Both the position numbers and the translations under genes were made by a program. Under the pieces are notes generated by a model. The model saw only the letters and a program-made list of their open reading frames with translations, had not been told where the DNA came from and searched no databases. 64,000 nucleotides of DNA from Spirochaetia bacterium (GTDB lineage: Bacteria; Spirochaetota; Spirochaetia; DSM-2461), in assembly GCA_963668315.1 (NCBI GenBank), contig OY764216.1, forward strand, positions 3,744,001 through 3,808,000, in the 5' to 3' direction. Shown in pieces: positions 40,048 through 50,692 of the stretch (the stretch's first letter is position 1; each line of letters opens with the position of its first letter).

Positions 40048-40579
40048 TTCTAATCACCTGAAAGAGAGAGTCAAAACTATCGTATGTCATTTCCGGTTTC
40101 CCCGCCGTATATTTACTGCTTATGATCAGCGAACGTAAACCGGGATACTCTATAATATCGCTGATTTTATCGCCGATCATAAAGGATTTCTCCATATCGA
40201 GGGAAAAATCGGCCCTAGCTTTTACAAACATTCCCGGACAGGGCTTCCTGTCCTCCGAATCTCTGTTATAGGGTGCAACGGTTCCCTCCTTCAAATAGGG
40301 ACAGTAGTAAACACCGTCTATGAAAACACGCCTCTTTTCCAGTTCCCCTCTCAAGAGATCCTGGAAAGCCTCGTACTGGGAGACGGTAAAAAGGCCCCGG
40401 GCGATTCCCGATTGATTCGTCATAATAATGAGCTTGAACCCGTGCGACTGAGCCCAGAGAAGATGGGGGATGATCTCTTCCCTTATGTGGAGATCTTTCT
40501 TTTGATGGGGATAGGATACATCTTCTATGATAACTCCGTCCCTGTCCAGGAACAAAGCCTTATTACCGGTTTTACTCAT
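40037..40579 (-). CDS. gmhB: D,D-heptose-1,7-bisphosphate phosphatase
   Basis: ALFLDRDGVI, TNQSGIARG, YYCP, RKPCPGM, MIGDKISD. Start set to ATG 40579. Confidence 0.92.
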   Translation of the reverse strand: MSKTGNKALFLDRDGVIIEDVSYPHQKKDLHIREEIIPHLLWAQSHGFKLIIMTNQSGIARGLFTVSQYEAFQDLLRGELEKRRVFIDGVYYCPYLKEGTVAPYNRDSEDRKPCPGMFVKARADFSLDMEKSFMIGDKISDIIEYPGLRSLIISSKYTAGKPEMTYDSFDSLFQVIRNEI

Positions 40580-40641
40580 CTGAAATCCAGTATAAAGCAT
40601 TAAGAAAACAGACACAACCGATTTACGTTTATGGATATTTA

Positions 40642-41211
40642 TTAAAGATTTTTTATGATCTGAAGAACGGCCCGGGGAAGGAGTTTGTGCTCTTCTTCCA
40701 GCACACGTTCCGCCAGAGTCAGCGCCGTATCCCCTCTCAGAACGGGAACTTTGGCCTGCATGACAATCTCCCCCTTGTCCACGCCCTCTCCCAGAAAGTG
40801 AACGGTGCAGCCGGACTCTGTCTCTCCCGCCGCGAGTACGGCCTCATGGACATGACGGCCGTACATACCCTTTCCGCCGTATTTAGGCAGAAGGGCGGGA
40901 TGAATATTTATCATTCTGCCCCGCCAGGCGGCGCTGAACTCTTCGGTAAAAATAGAGAGGTAACCGGCCAGGACGATCAGATCGATCCCGTAGGCCTCCA
41001 TGGCTGTCTGAATCTCTTCGGAAAGCCTTTTGCTTCCCAGCTTCTTCCGGCTGAATTCGAGAGTATCGATAATACCGGCGTCTCTGGCCCGCTTCAATGC
41101 GGGCGCGGGACGATCGGCCACCACCAGGGCAATATGCTTCCGCACATCCGAATCGATGAGAGCCTGAAGATTGCTCCCCCCTCCGGATACGCAGACAGCT
41201 ATACGAGGCAT
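40642..41211 (-). CDS. purN: Phosphoribosylglycinamide formyltransferase
   Basis: SGGGSNLQAL, INIHPALLPKYGGKGMYG, SGCTVH; downstream of purM. Confidence 0.96.
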   Translation of the reverse strand: MPRIAVCVSGGGSNLQALIDSDVRKHIALVVADRPAPALKRARDAGIIDTLEFSRKKLGSKRLSEEIQTAMEAYGIDLIVLAGYLSIFTEEFSAAWRGRMINIHPALLPKYGGKGMYGRHVHEAVLAAGETESGCTVHFLGEGVDKGEIVMQAKVPVLRGDTALTLAERVLEEEHKLLPRAVLQIIKNL

Positions 41212-42197
41212 ATCTTCTCTTTTCCCTTGACCATCTCACCGATGACATAGGACGTTTCACCGGCCGATTCCAGAACCTGCTGAACCGCTTTTACCTGTTC
41301 TTTGGGAAGAACGATGGCAAAGCCGATTCCCATGTTATAGGTTCCCCACATTTCCTCTTCGGGAACACCCTTGGACGCGATCAGATCGAAGATGGCGGGG
41401 CGGGGAAAGGAATCCTTTCTAATCTGGGCACACAGCCCGTCGGGGATGATGCGGGGGATATTCTCGATAAGCCCGCCCCCTGTGATATGGGCCATGCCGT
41501 TGATGCTGAATCCGCCGAGGAGCTCGAGGACCTGGCTCACATAGACTTTGGTCGGCTTGAGCAGCTCCTCATGGAGGGGACGGCCGTTGAAATCCATATT
41601 ATAATCGGGAAGGACCTTTCTCGTCAGGCTGAAGCCGTTGCTGTGGAGTCCGTTGGAAGGAAGGCCCAGAATGACGTCTCCCTTGTCGATGGCCGAACCG
41701 TTGATGATCTTTTCCTTATCCACAATGCCCACGCAGAAACCGGCCATATCATAGTCGCCATCCTTATAGAAGCCGGGCATCTCGGCCGTTTCTCCCCCCA
41801 CCAGGGCGCATCCGGCCTCTTCGCAGGCATGGGCGATTCCGGTCACCAGCCGGGAAGAGACCTCAGCCTCCAGTTTCCCGCAGGCAAGATAGTCCAGAAA
41901 AAAGAGAGGCTTTGCCCCGTGGCAGAGAATATCATTGGCGCACATGGCAAAACAGTCCTGTCCCACCGTATCATAATTCTTCACGGCAAAGGCGATTTCC
42001 AGTTTGGTTCCCACCCCGTCCGTTCCGGAGACCAGCACGGGATTCTTGATGTTTTTCGGCAGTTCAAACAGAGAGCCGAAACTTCCCAGACCGGCCAGAA
42101 CGCCCACTCCGTGGGTGCGGCTGACCGCTTCCTTGATCATATCGACCGCTTTGTAACCCTCTTCCTTATCCACACCGGAATCTTTGTAACTTATCAT
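41199..42197 (-). CDS. purM: Phosphoribosylformylglycinamidine cyclo-ligase
   Basis: SYKDSGVD, SGTDGVGTKL, GGETAEMPG, HSNGFSL, AHITGGG. Confidence 0.97.
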   Translation of the reverse strand: MISYKDSGVDKEEGYKAVDMIKEAVSRTHGVGVLAGLGSFGSLFELPKNIKNPVLVSGTDGVGTKLEIAFAVKNYDTVGQDCFAMCANDILCHGAKPLFFLDYLACGKLEAEVSSRLVTGIAHACEEAGCALVGGETAEMPGFYKDGDYDMAGFCVGIVDKEKIINGSAIDKGDVILGLPSNGLHSNGFSLTRKVLPDYNMDFNGRPLHEELLKPTKVYVSQVLELLGGFSINGMAHITGGGLIENIPRIIPDGLCAQIRKDSFPRPAIFDLIASKGVPEEEMWGTYNMGIGFAIVLPKEQVKAVQQVLESAGETSYVIGEMVKGKEKICLV

Positions 42198-42967
42198 TTT
42201 GACCTACCCTTCTTCATGCAAATAAACGAACTGAAATTGAACCAGGTAAAGAAGATATCCACCGATTCAAAACCGCATTCGTAAAAAAGCTCTTTCTCTT
42301 CTTCTATTTTATAAGGAATCAGCACATTTTCCAGTGCTTCCCGTTTCCTTGATATCTCCATTTCGCTGTAGCCGTTCTTCCGCTTCATATGGTAGTAGTT
42401 ATCCATGAAGATACGGCTGGCATCGGTATGGCTCTGCAGGGTTTTGTCGCTGACCAGCAGCACACCGTTGTGGTTGAGCCCCCGATAGATTTTTCCGATC
42501 AGCTCTTCCCGTGCCAGGGGGTCGATGAACTGCAGAGTATAATTCATAACGACCACAGAGGCGTTTTCTATCTCCCGGTTTTCCAGATCATCACAATAGA
42601 CGGAAATCTTGTCTGAAGCCAGTTCCAGCTTCCCGATCTTTTCCCCGGCCTCACGGCACATGGCGTCCGAATTGTCAATTCCGATAATTCGGTAATCGTC
42701 TATGCCCCGTTCCCTGAAAGCTTCCGCAAACAGGGCCATGGTGGTTCCCGTGGAACAGCCCAGGTCGTAAATGCGGGTCCCGGGTTTGAAAAAAGTCATT
42801 CCCAGGGTCGTCACCATGCGCTGGACTTCCTTGTACCAGGGAATGCTCCTTTCGGCCATATCGTCAAATACATGGGCGACTTTCTCGTTAAACTCGAAAG
42901 GTTTTACTTCGCCCTCTCCGTGGAATACCCTGTCGACCTTCTCGTCGGGTCTTTTCTCACCGCCCAT
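42194..42967 (-). CDS. cmoA: Carboxy-S-adenosyl-L-methionine synthase
   Basis: FEFNEKVAHVFDDMAERSIPWY, YDLGCSTG, NYTLQFI, EISRKREALENVLIP. Confidence 0.88.
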   Translation of the reverse strand: MGGEKRPDEKVDRVFHGEGEVKPFEFNEKVAHVFDDMAERSIPWYKEVQRMVTTLGMTFFKPGTRIYDLGCSTGTTMALFAEAFRERGIDDYRIIGIDNSDAMCREAGEKIGKLELASDKISVYCDDLENREIENASVVVMNYTLQFIDPLAREELIGKIYRGLNHNGVLLVSDKTLQSHTDASRIFMDNYYHMKRKNGYSEMEISRKREALENVLIPYKIEEEKELFYECGFESVDIFFTWFNFSSFICMKKGRSK

Positions 42968-43812
42968 CAGAAACTGCGGGCCCTTTTTATTTTTTCATAG
43001 GAGTCCTGAATCTCCTGAAACTTTTCCGTGGCGAATTGGGTGAACTCTGCGGGCAGTCCTTTCGCGGCGATTTTATCCGGATGGAATTCGGCGACTTTCT
43101 TTCTGTAAATCTTCTTTATTTCCTCATCGCTGGCACTGGGAGAAAGCCCCAGGCTGCTGTAGGCGCTGGCCAGGTCGCCTCCCGCTGAAGTGGAGGCTCC
43201 GGAGGATCGTCCCGAACCGCCGGAAGAGTGGCCGGAGGATCCGTAGGCGCCGCTGTAATAACCGTAGCTGCGGGAATTCCCCTCATTCAATTTGAACAGA
43301 GAGGCGGCTTCTTCAAGGATTTCTTTCTCCTTGGGACTGATGGTCCCGTCGGCTGCGGCAACCTGCTGAAGCAGATTATAGGCCAGTTCCAGTATGGCGG
43401 GACGATTATGGTAATGGTTATAGAGATGCTGCGCCCAATAGGTGAAATTCCTTGTCCTGTCCTGGCAAGCCTTGTTGAAATACTCCAGAGCCGCCTGCTG
43501 GCTCTCGGGATTCAGACCGAGCTGGGCTGACATGAACTGCCTGATAACTCTTTCTTCACTGGCGGAAACGACTCCGTCGGCGCTGGCGATTTTCCCCAGC
43601 ATGGAAAAAATGCTCTCGAAAAAAGCTTCGCTGTCCCGGTTCAGACCACCGAAGTCATTGCCGAAAAAGGTACCCCTCTTACGAAAATTGTAAGCCCCCC
43701 GGGACGAAGACCCCATCACGACGCCAATAACCAGCCCCAGAAAGGGCAGCCCGATGAGACTGCCGATCATGAGACCTATAAATCCGCCCAGTACGGGGCC
43801 TATAAAAAACAT
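42967..43812 (-). CDS. djlA: DjlA-type co-chaperone (TM + TerB-like + J domain)
   Basis: Gly-rich N-terminal TM, ASADGVVSASE and AADGTISPKE (TerB-like), C-terminal J domain with HPD and KFQEIQDSYE. Confidence 0.85.
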   Translation of the reverse strand: MFFIGPVLGGFIGLMIGSLIGLPFLGLVIGVVMGSSSRGAYNFRKRGTFFGNDFGGLNRDSEAFFESIFSMLGKIASADGVVSASEERVIRQFMSAQLGLNPESQQAALEYFNKACQDRTRNFTYWAQHLYNHYHNRPAILELAYNLLQQVAAADGTISPKEKEILEEAASLFKLNEGNSRSYGYYSGAYGSSGHSSGGSGRSSGASTSAGGDLASAYSSLGLSPSASDEEIKKIYRKKVAEFHPDKIAAKGLPAEFTQFATEKFQEIQDSYEKIKRARSF

Positions 43813-43920
43813 AGAAAGCTCCTGAGTGTAGCGCGATACGGCTGCCGGTAAGTCAATAATGCCGTATCCGATTCATACCTAATATACTAAATCCTGCCGT
43901 AACAATCCATAAACGGGGTA

Positions 43921-45675
43921 TTACATTTTTGCAAGAAACGGAATATTAATCAGGTCAAAACCGTTTTTCAACATCTCAAGGACGGCCAGGGAAAGCTGCA
44001 GCCGTGCTTTTGCCAGAGTTGTATTTTCATTATTCAGAATCGGATTGTCATGGTAGTAGCGGGAAAAGACTTTTGCTCCGTTATACAGGGCGGCCGCGAT
44101 AAGGGAGGGATTATGGTCCTTCCCCGCCTGTTCAACCACCCGGGGGAAATCGGCCAGAATGCCGACCAGTTCCCACTCCTCGTCGGCGGTCAGCAGTGTT
44201 CCGTCCACCTGTGAATCTTCCGTATTCCATCCCATCTCGCGGGCTTTCCGCTCCATGCTGCAGATACGGGCAGCCATATACTGAAGGTAAGGCCCGGTAT
44301 TGCCGTTGAAGGAGAGGGACTCCTTGGGATTAAAAACCATATCTTTCTTGGGAGTAACCTGAAGGAGATAGTAATGGAGGGCGGCCAAAGTGACGGCGTC
44401 CGCCGTGGCCCGGGCGTCTTCCACTTCCTCTTCCCTTCCCTTGGCGCGTATCTCTTCGAGAGCCAGATCGGAAAGATTGGCAATCAGATCATCCGCATCG
44501 ACAACGGTTCCCTCACGGGACTTCATCTTGCCGTCGGGAAGATTGACCATGCCGTAGGAGAGATGATAAAGGTCCTCGGCCCACTGATAACCCAGCTTTT
44601 TCAGAATGTAGAAGAGGACCTGAAAATGGTAATCCTGCTCGTTTCCCACCACATAGATGAGCTGGTCAAAGGGCCAGTCGTTCTGCCGGGAGATGGCTGT
44701 TCCGATATCCTGGGTGATATAAACGCTGGTTCCGTCGCTTCTGAGAAGAACCTTCGTATCCAGTCCTATCTCGGACATGTCCACACGGGTACTGCCGTCC
44801 TCGTCCTTGTAGAAGATACCCTTCTCAAGTCCCTTAAGTATGTTTTCCTTACCCAGCTTGTAGAGCTGGCTCTCGTAGTAGTATTTATCAAAGGAGACAT
44901 TGGTTTTCCTGTAAGTTTCGCCGATTCCGTCAAGGGTCCACTTATTCATGGTTTCCCAGAGTTTTCTGACCTCTTCATCGCCGGCTTCCCACTTCTGAAG
45001 CATCTCCTGAGCCTGCTTCTCGGCCGTATCATCCTCTTTAGCCCACTGGGCGAATTTCACATAGTAATCCCCGACCAGTCGGTCGCCCTTGATTCCGGTG
45101 GATTCGGGCGTATCCCCCTGGCCGAATTTCTTATAGGCCAGCATGGACTTGCAGATATGGACACCCCGATCATTGACAAGAATAACCTTCTGCACATCCG
45201 CCCCGTTCGCCTTGAGAATGCGCGCGGAACTCTCGCCCAGAGCATCGTTACGCAAATGGCCGAGATGGAGGGGCTTATTCGTATTGGGGCTGGAGAATTC
45301 GATCATGATCTTGCGGCCCTTCAGAGAGTCGTTGTTTCCCCAGGTACCTTGTGAGGTAAGAACGTTCTTCAAGGTTTCGGAAACGATATTCTCCCTTTTG
45401 AGGAAGACATTCACATAAGGGCCGGCCGCTTCCACCCTGCCGTGGGATGATTCGCCCAGGCGGGAAGCCACTTCCGATGCAAGCTGAGGGGGCGCCATGC
45501 GGAATTCCTTGGCAAAGGGAAACAGGGGGAAAGCGATATCACCCATATCCGCTTTGGGAGGCCTGGCCCCTTTAAGGCGTGCTTCCGCACCGTTTAATTC
45601 AATATTCTTTTCCGAAGCCAGTATTTTAAGGGTTTCAGCAATCTGCTTAACCCATTCTCCATTCCAATCGGCCAT
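43921..45675 (-). CDS. argS: Arginine--tRNA ligase
   Basis: EFSSPNTNKPLHLGHLRN, KMKSREG, GNTGPYLQY. Confidence 0.97.
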   Translation of the reverse strand: MADWNGEWVKQIAETLKILASEKNIELNGAEARLKGARPPKADMGDIAFPLFPFAKEFRMAPPQLASEVASRLGESSHGRVEAAGPYVNVFLKRENIVSETLKNVLTSQGTWGNNDSLKGRKIMIEFSSPNTNKPLHLGHLRNDALGESSARILKANGADVQKVILVNDRGVHICKSMLAYKKFGQGDTPESTGIKGDRLVGDYYVKFAQWAKEDDTAEKQAQEMLQKWEAGDEEVRKLWETMNKWTLDGIGETYRKTNVSFDKYYYESQLYKLGKENILKGLEKGIFYKDEDGSTRVDMSEIGLDTKVLLRSDGTSVYITQDIGTAISRQNDWPFDQLIYVVGNEQDYHFQVLFYILKKLGYQWAEDLYHLSYGMVNLPDGKMKSREGTVVDADDLIANLSDLALEEIRAKGREEEVEDARATADAVTLAALHYYLLQVTPKKDMVFNPKESLSFNGNTGPYLQYMAARICSMERKAREMGWNTEDSQVDGTLLTADEEWELVGILADFPRVVEQAGKDHNPSLIAAALYNGAKVFSRYYHDNPILNNENTTLAKARLQLSLAVLEMLKNGFDLINIPFLAKM

Positions 45676-45733
45676 AATCTATCCTTTGTCTTAATCGCTA
45701 AAACAGAAATATACCAGATAGAAAGGGCTCCGG

Positions 45734-47461
45734 TCAATTTCCCTTGGCGATTTTTTCTTCCAGTGAGACGATGTCGGCAAGGGATTTATGAAAACTCGAA
45801 ACCAGAAACTCCAGGGAGATCAGATCATTTTTGAATTCCCTGTTACGTGTCCCCCCCAGTTCGGAGTAGTTGGAAAGGGTGTCGTAGGCACCCCCCGACC
45901 CCATGATAATGCCCTTGAGAAGACTGGAGAGGGAGGAGAAGATTTCCATCCCGTCATGGATGATCTGATAGGCCTCACGGTCGGCCATATTCCTGGCTGT
46001 CAGCAGCTTCTCTTTCCCCTCTCTGGTATCCAGACCGGCTTTATGAACATCCTGGAATCTTATGTAGAAACTGCCGTCCAGAAGAAAGGAAACGGTGAAA
46101 TTTCTGAGTTTTGAAGGGAGCGACTGGAGTCTCTCGTAGGTCTCGGAAAACTCCGCCCTGTTGTCGCGGCGGTAAAAATCCCCGTTAATCTGCACCATAT
46201 TCAAAGGTCCGTAATATTTTTCCTGAATGATCTTGTTAAAAAAGACGCTCAGAACGGAAAGGGATGTCTCATAAGTAAAGGGAACGGACAACTGAAAGGA
46301 AGCGGCCCTGTAGCCCATGATAGGCTCGATAAACTTTATCCCCCAGGTGGCGCCGAGGGTACTGATCATATCCCTTTTTTTCTTGTCATTCACAAAACGG
46401 CGGAATCTTTCATCAATGGTGCTTTTCAGAAAAGTCTTGTAATGGCGCAGTGCCCCTTCCCCTCCGGTAATGGGTATGGGCTGGTAATTGATGTTATCGG
46501 TGAGAACTTTCAGAAGATCGGTAAGGGGTATCTGTTTGTTGAATTCCCTGATGGAGCTCAGCCCTTCAACCGCCGCTCCTATCTGCCGATGGAGTTTTTC
46601 TTCCAGATTCTCAGCCCCTTCCGGTTCTCCGTCGGTCAGTTCCGATTTATATTCAAAGAGAAAAAAAGCCTCCAGAAGTGTGATATCCGGCGGCTGCTTG
46701 AAGGAAGAGAGAATATCGTTCAGGACCAGAAGATACTGCTTGATCTTATCCAGATCGACGAAACCGGTTATCCCCTCTTCATCGGTATAGAAGGGTTTCA
46801 AAAGTCGATCAAAATCATACTGCGCCAGGTTCTGAAGCTGTCTGGTGACCGATGAATAGAGCATGAGTTTTCTCTGTTTTTCATCGTCAAGACTTTTCAG
46901 AATCTTCTCATAGTTTTCCTCGATCATCCGGTGGATCTGATTGACCGTCTGATCCGGATTGCTTGCCTCCAGATAAAAGGGATCGGTCTCCCGGTAGATC
47001 TCCTCTTCCTTTTTCCCCAGAACCCGGTTCGTCAGGAAAATGAAAAAATCCTCCTTCTCCTTCATGGCGATGAACAGCGGTTCCCGGAAGGTATGATAGG
47101 ACTTGTCCATATTATTGAGAAGATTATAGAAAGGGGGAAGCCCCTGTTTTTTATCAAGTTTGAAATAGCGAGAATAATCGCGCCCGAGTTTTCTTCTCAG
47201 GCGGTTGATGAAGGTATGAAGTATGACATCGCCCTTGTCCCGGCCGGAAAAAAGGCTGATGAAAAAGACGATGATACGCGTAAAAAAATCAGATTTATAG
47301 TAGTACTCGATGGGATCGACATCCTCTGCCGGCTCTTCCGGTTCGGGAAGAGTCATCGGTTCGGCAGAAAGGGTAAAAGTCTCTTCGATCTTCCGCAGCA
47401 TCTCCTTACGTTCCGTCGTAGAGAGAGATGCTACAAGCCGATCGAATTGAGACTTCACCAT
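45734..47461 (-). CDS. Spirochaete conserved hypothetical protein (DUF5312-like)
   Basis: 575-aa helical protein in the carAB-argS run; FDRLVASLSTTERKEML and NGDFYRRDNRAEFSE recalled from spirochaete DUF5312 proteins. Confidence 0.55.
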   Translation of the reverse strand: MVKSQFDRLVASLSTTERKEMLRKIEETFTLSAEPMTLPEPEEPAEDVDPIEYYYKSDFFTRIIVFFISLFSGRDKGDVILHTFINRLRRKLGRDYSRYFKLDKKQGLPPFYNLLNNMDKSYHTFREPLFIAMKEKEDFFIFLTNRVLGKKEEEIYRETDPFYLEASNPDQTVNQIHRMIEENYEKILKSLDDEKQRKLMLYSSVTRQLQNLAQYDFDRLLKPFYTDEEGITGFVDLDKIKQYLLVLNDILSSFKQPPDITLLEAFFLFEYKSELTDGEPEGAENLEEKLHRQIGAAVEGLSSIREFNKQIPLTDLLKVLTDNINYQPIPITGGEGALRHYKTFLKSTIDERFRRFVNDKKKRDMISTLGATWGIKFIEPIMGYRAASFQLSVPFTYETSLSVLSVFFNKIIQEKYYGPLNMVQINGDFYRRDNRAEFSETYERLQSLPSKLRNFTVSFLLDGSFYIRFQDVHKAGLDTREGKEKLLTARNMADREAYQIIHDGMEIFSSLSSLLKGIIMGSGGAYDTLSNYSELGGTRNREFKNDLISLEFLVSSFHKSLADIVSLEEKIAKGN

Positions 47462-47462
47462 A

Positions 47463-50400
47463 TCAGAGCTCGTAATCTCCTTCGGGAAGGGGTTTGACGG
47501 CTACTTCCTTCGTCCTCAGATACTCGATTGCCTTGACGGCGGCGGCAGCCGAGCTGGTCGTCGTGGTATAGGGAATCTTTCTCCTAACCGCCTCGGCCCT
47601 CAGATAGGAATCGTCGATCTGGGAAAACTGTCCCATGGGCGTGTTGATGAGAAGGTTCATCCTTCCCGCCTGCATATGATCCACCACGTTGGGATGCCCC
47701 TCGTGGACCTTGAGGATCACTTCGGAAAAAATTCCCTTCTGGAAGAGAAAATCCGCCGTGCCCCGGGTTGCGCAGATCTGAAAGCCCATGTCCTGGAACT
47801 GCTTGATAACGGGCAGTATCGTCTCGCGGTCCCTTTTATTGACCGAGACGAAGATACGTCCTTCCGTGGGCAGCTTTGTCCCCACGGCGGCCTCCACCTT
47901 GGCAAAGGCTTCGCCGAAAGTCGCCCCCGTACCGATGGCCTCACCGGTGGACTTCATTTCCGGTCCCAGAATGGGATCGAGTCCGGAGAACCGATCGAAA
48001 CTGAAGACGGCTTCTTTTACGGACCAGCCGGTCAGACAGGAGCCGATGCCCACACCGTCATCCCCGACGAGCCCCTGGCTTACCAGGTCCTCTCCGAGCC
48101 AGACGCGGACCGCCGCCTCCACCAGGTTGACTCCGGTGGACTTGGAAATAAAGGGTACCGTACGGGAACCGCGGGGGTTCACCTCGATGATGAAAAGTTT
48201 TCCGTCCTTGACGGCGAACTGGATATTCATCAGTCCCTTGACGTTGAACTCCCGGGCCATCTTGACGGCCGCTTCCTTCATCTCCTCTTCCACTTCCGGC
48301 TGGGATTTGTAGGGGGGATAGACGCAGGCCGAGTCACCCGAGTGGATACCTGCGGCTTCAATGTGCTGCATGATTCCGCCCACGTAAACGTTATGCCCGT
48401 CGCAGACAGCATCCAGATCGTACTCAAAGGCGTCTTCCAGGAACTGGTCGACCAGAACGGGCCTTGCGTCTGAGATGGTAATGCCCCGACTCAGGAACTC
48501 ATCCAGCTCCCTGTCCTCATAGGCGATAAACATACTTCTTCCGCCCAGGACAAAGGAGGGCCTCAGAAGTACGGGAAAACCGATTTCCCGTGCGTACTCC
48601 CGTACTTCCCTCTCATTCCGGGCGCTCCGGTTATCCGGCTGGCGCAGACCCAGTTTTTTCACCGCGTCTGAAAAGAGGCGGCGGTCTTCGGTCATATCGA
48701 TATTCTCGACACTGGTTCCAACGACACGGGCTCCGGCGTCTTCCAGCTCCTTAACCATGTTAAGAGGAGTCTGGCCACCGAGCTGAACCACCACGTCCTT
48801 GACCTTTTCCTTACGCATCACATCAATTACATGCTCCGCCGTAAGGGGCTCCAGATAGAGCCGGCTGGAGATATTGAAGTCGGTGGAAACCGTTTCCGGA
48901 TTGGAGTTGACCATAATGGTCTTGTAACCGTGTTTTCTGTACATGAGAGAAGCCAGGGTACAGCAGGTGTCGAACTCCAGGCCCTGTCCGATTCTGTTGG
49001 GACCGGACGCCACGATGATGACAGCCTTCTCCTTCTCTCCGATAGGCTCCCCTTCATCGACTTCACCCCAGGTGGAGTAGAAATAGGGAGTTTCCGCTTT
49101 GAACTCACCGGCGCAGGTATCGACCAGATGATAACAGGGAGCGTGCCTGCTTCTGAACTGTTCGGTTACTTCCTTGAGGGAAAAACCGCTGATAGTGGCG
49201 ATCCGTTCGTCGGAAAGGCCCATTCTTTTGGCTTCAAGGTAGAGATCGTCGTTAAGTTCGGCTCTTCTGAGTTTCTTCTCGAACCGGACCTGCTCAACAA
49301 GGGCATAGAGAAACCATTTGTCGAAACCGGTCTTGGCTGCCAGATCATCAAGTACGTCCTCCCCGTCCCTCTTGAGGATCGTGAAGGCGGCGAGGAACCT
49401 GTGGGGATGGGCGGTGACAAGGATATTTTCCAGTTCATCCGCCGAATATTTGGTCAGTTCGGTTAGTCCGTCGAATCCCGCTTCGGCGGCGCGGATGGCC
49501 TTGTTGATGGCTTCGATGGCGGTACGGCCCATGGCAAGGGATTCGCCCACAGACTTCATCTGCGTTCCCAGGGCGGAGTATCCGGTGGGGAACTTTTCCA
49601 TTTCGAAGCGGGGCACCTTGACGGCGCAGTAGTCCAGGGCCGGTTCGAAACAGCTGGCGGTCACTCCGGTGATTTCGTTGACAACCTCGTCGAGGGTGTA
49701 GCCGACGGCCAGTTTGGCCGAACAGCGGGCGATGGGAAAACCGGTGGCCTTACTGGCCAGAGCGGAAGAACGGGAGACACGGGGGTTCATTTCGATGACG
49801 ATCATCCGTCCGTCTTCCGGATTCAGGGCGAACTGTACGTTCGATCCGCCGCAGTCGACGCCGATGGCCCTGAGGATATCGATGGACGCTTTTCGCATCA
49901 TCTGATATTCCCGGTCCGAAAGGGTCTGGGTGGGAGCGATAGTGATACTGTCTCCCGTATGGACGCCCATGGGATCGATATTCTCGATGGAACATACGAT
50001 GATGGCGTTATCATTCTTATCGCGCATGACCTCCATCTCGAACTCTTTCCATCCGATAAGGGACTCTTCAATCAGAGCTTCGTGGGTGGGGCTCTCCATG
50101 AGGGCTCTCTCGACGATTTTCTCGAGATCGGCTCTGTCCTGAGCGATGGCTCCTCCCATTCCCCCCAGGGTGAAACTGGGACGGATGACCAGGGGATAGC
50201 CCACCTGATCTACCATTTTAAGGGCGTCATCCAGAGAATGGGCCACAATGGACTGGGGAGATTCCAGGCCGAGGGCTTCGATCACTTTCTTAAACTCGCC
50301 CCGGTCTTCGGCTTTATTAATGGACTCGGCACTGGCGCCGATGATTTCCACATTGTACTTTTTCAGAATCCCCAGCGCTTCCAGTTCCAGGGAGAGGTTC

Positions 50401-50687
50401 AGAGCCGTCTGGCCTCCCATGGTGGAAAGGAGGGCGTCGGGCTTCTCTTTCCGGATGATTTCTTCCACGTAAGCCGGAGTCAGAGGCTCCACATAAATGG
50501 CGTCGGCAATGGTGGGCGTAGTCATGACCGTGGCGGGATTGGGGTTGACCAGTATAACCTGGTATCCCTCTTCCTTCAAAGCCTTAACGGCCTGGACGCC
50601 GGAATAGTCGAATTCGCAGGCCTGACCGATAACGATGGGGCCAGAACCTATTATCATTATTTTCTTGATGTCTGTTCTTGCGGGCAT
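47463..50687 (-). CDS. carB: Carbamoyl-phosphate synthase large subunit
   Basis: [18 protein letters not shown], duplicated ATP-grasp domains, [19 protein letters not shown]-terminal MGS domain. Confidence 0.98.
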   Translation of the reverse strand: MPARTDIKKIMIIGSGPIVIGQACEFDYSGVQAVKALKEEGYQVILVNPNPATVMTTPTIADAIYVEPLTPAYVEEIIRKEKPDALLSTMGGQTALNLSLELEALGILKKYNVEIIGASAESINKAEDRGEFKKVIEALGLESPQSIVAHSLDDALKMVDQVGYPLVIRPSFTLGGMGGAIAQDRADLEKIVERALMESPTHEALIEESLIGWKEFEMEVMRDKNDNAIIVCSIENIDPMGVHTGDSITIAPTQTLSDREYQMMRKASIDILRAIGVDCGGSNVQFALNPEDGRMIVIEMNPRVSRSSALASKATGFPIARCSAKLAVGYTLDEVVNEITGVTASCFEPALDYCAVKVPRFEMEKFPTGYSALGTQMKSVGESLAMGRTAIEAINKAIRAAEAGFDGLTELTKYSADELENILVTAHPHRFLAAFTILKRDGEDVLDDLAAKTGFDKWFLYALVEQVRFEKKLRRAELNDDLYLEAKRMGLSDERIATISGFSLKEVTEQFRSRHAPCYHLVDTCAGEFKAETPYFYSTWGEVDEGEPIGEKEKAVIIVASGPNRIGQGLEFDTCCTLASLMYRKHGYKTIMVNSNPETVSTDFNISSRLYLEPLTAEHVIDVMRKEKVKDVVVQLGGQTPLNMVKELEDAGARVVGTSVENIDMTEDRRLFSDAVKKLGLRQPDNRSARNEREVREYAREIGFPVLLRPSFVLGGRSMFIAYEDRELDEFLSRGITISDARPVLVDQFLEDAFEYDLDAVCDGHNVYVGGIMQHIEAAGIHSGDSACVYPPYKSQPEVEEEMKEAAVKMAREFNVKGLMNIQFAVKDGKLFIIEVNPRGSRTVPFISKSTGVNLVEAAVRVWLGEDLVSQGLVGDDGVGIGSCLTGWSVKEAVFSFDRFSGLDPILGPEMKSTGEAIGTGATFGEAFAKVEAAVGTKLPTEGRIFVSVNKRDRETILPVIKQFQDMGFQICATRGTADFLFQKGIFSEVILKVHEGHPNVVDHMQAGRMNLLINTPMGQFSQIDDSYLRAEAVRRKIPYTTTTSSAAAAVKAIEYLRTKEVAVKPLPEGDYEL

Positions 50688-50692
50688 GGGAA

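Noticed and set aside
40642..41211. Formyltransferase as a sugar N-formyltransferase of the glycan locus
   Set aside because: Canonical PurN sequence overlapping purM.
43813..43920. ZMP/ZTP or purine riboswitch, or CIRCE element, upstream of djlA-cmoA-purMN
   Set aside because: The consensus sequences are not present; only a plain inverted repeat.
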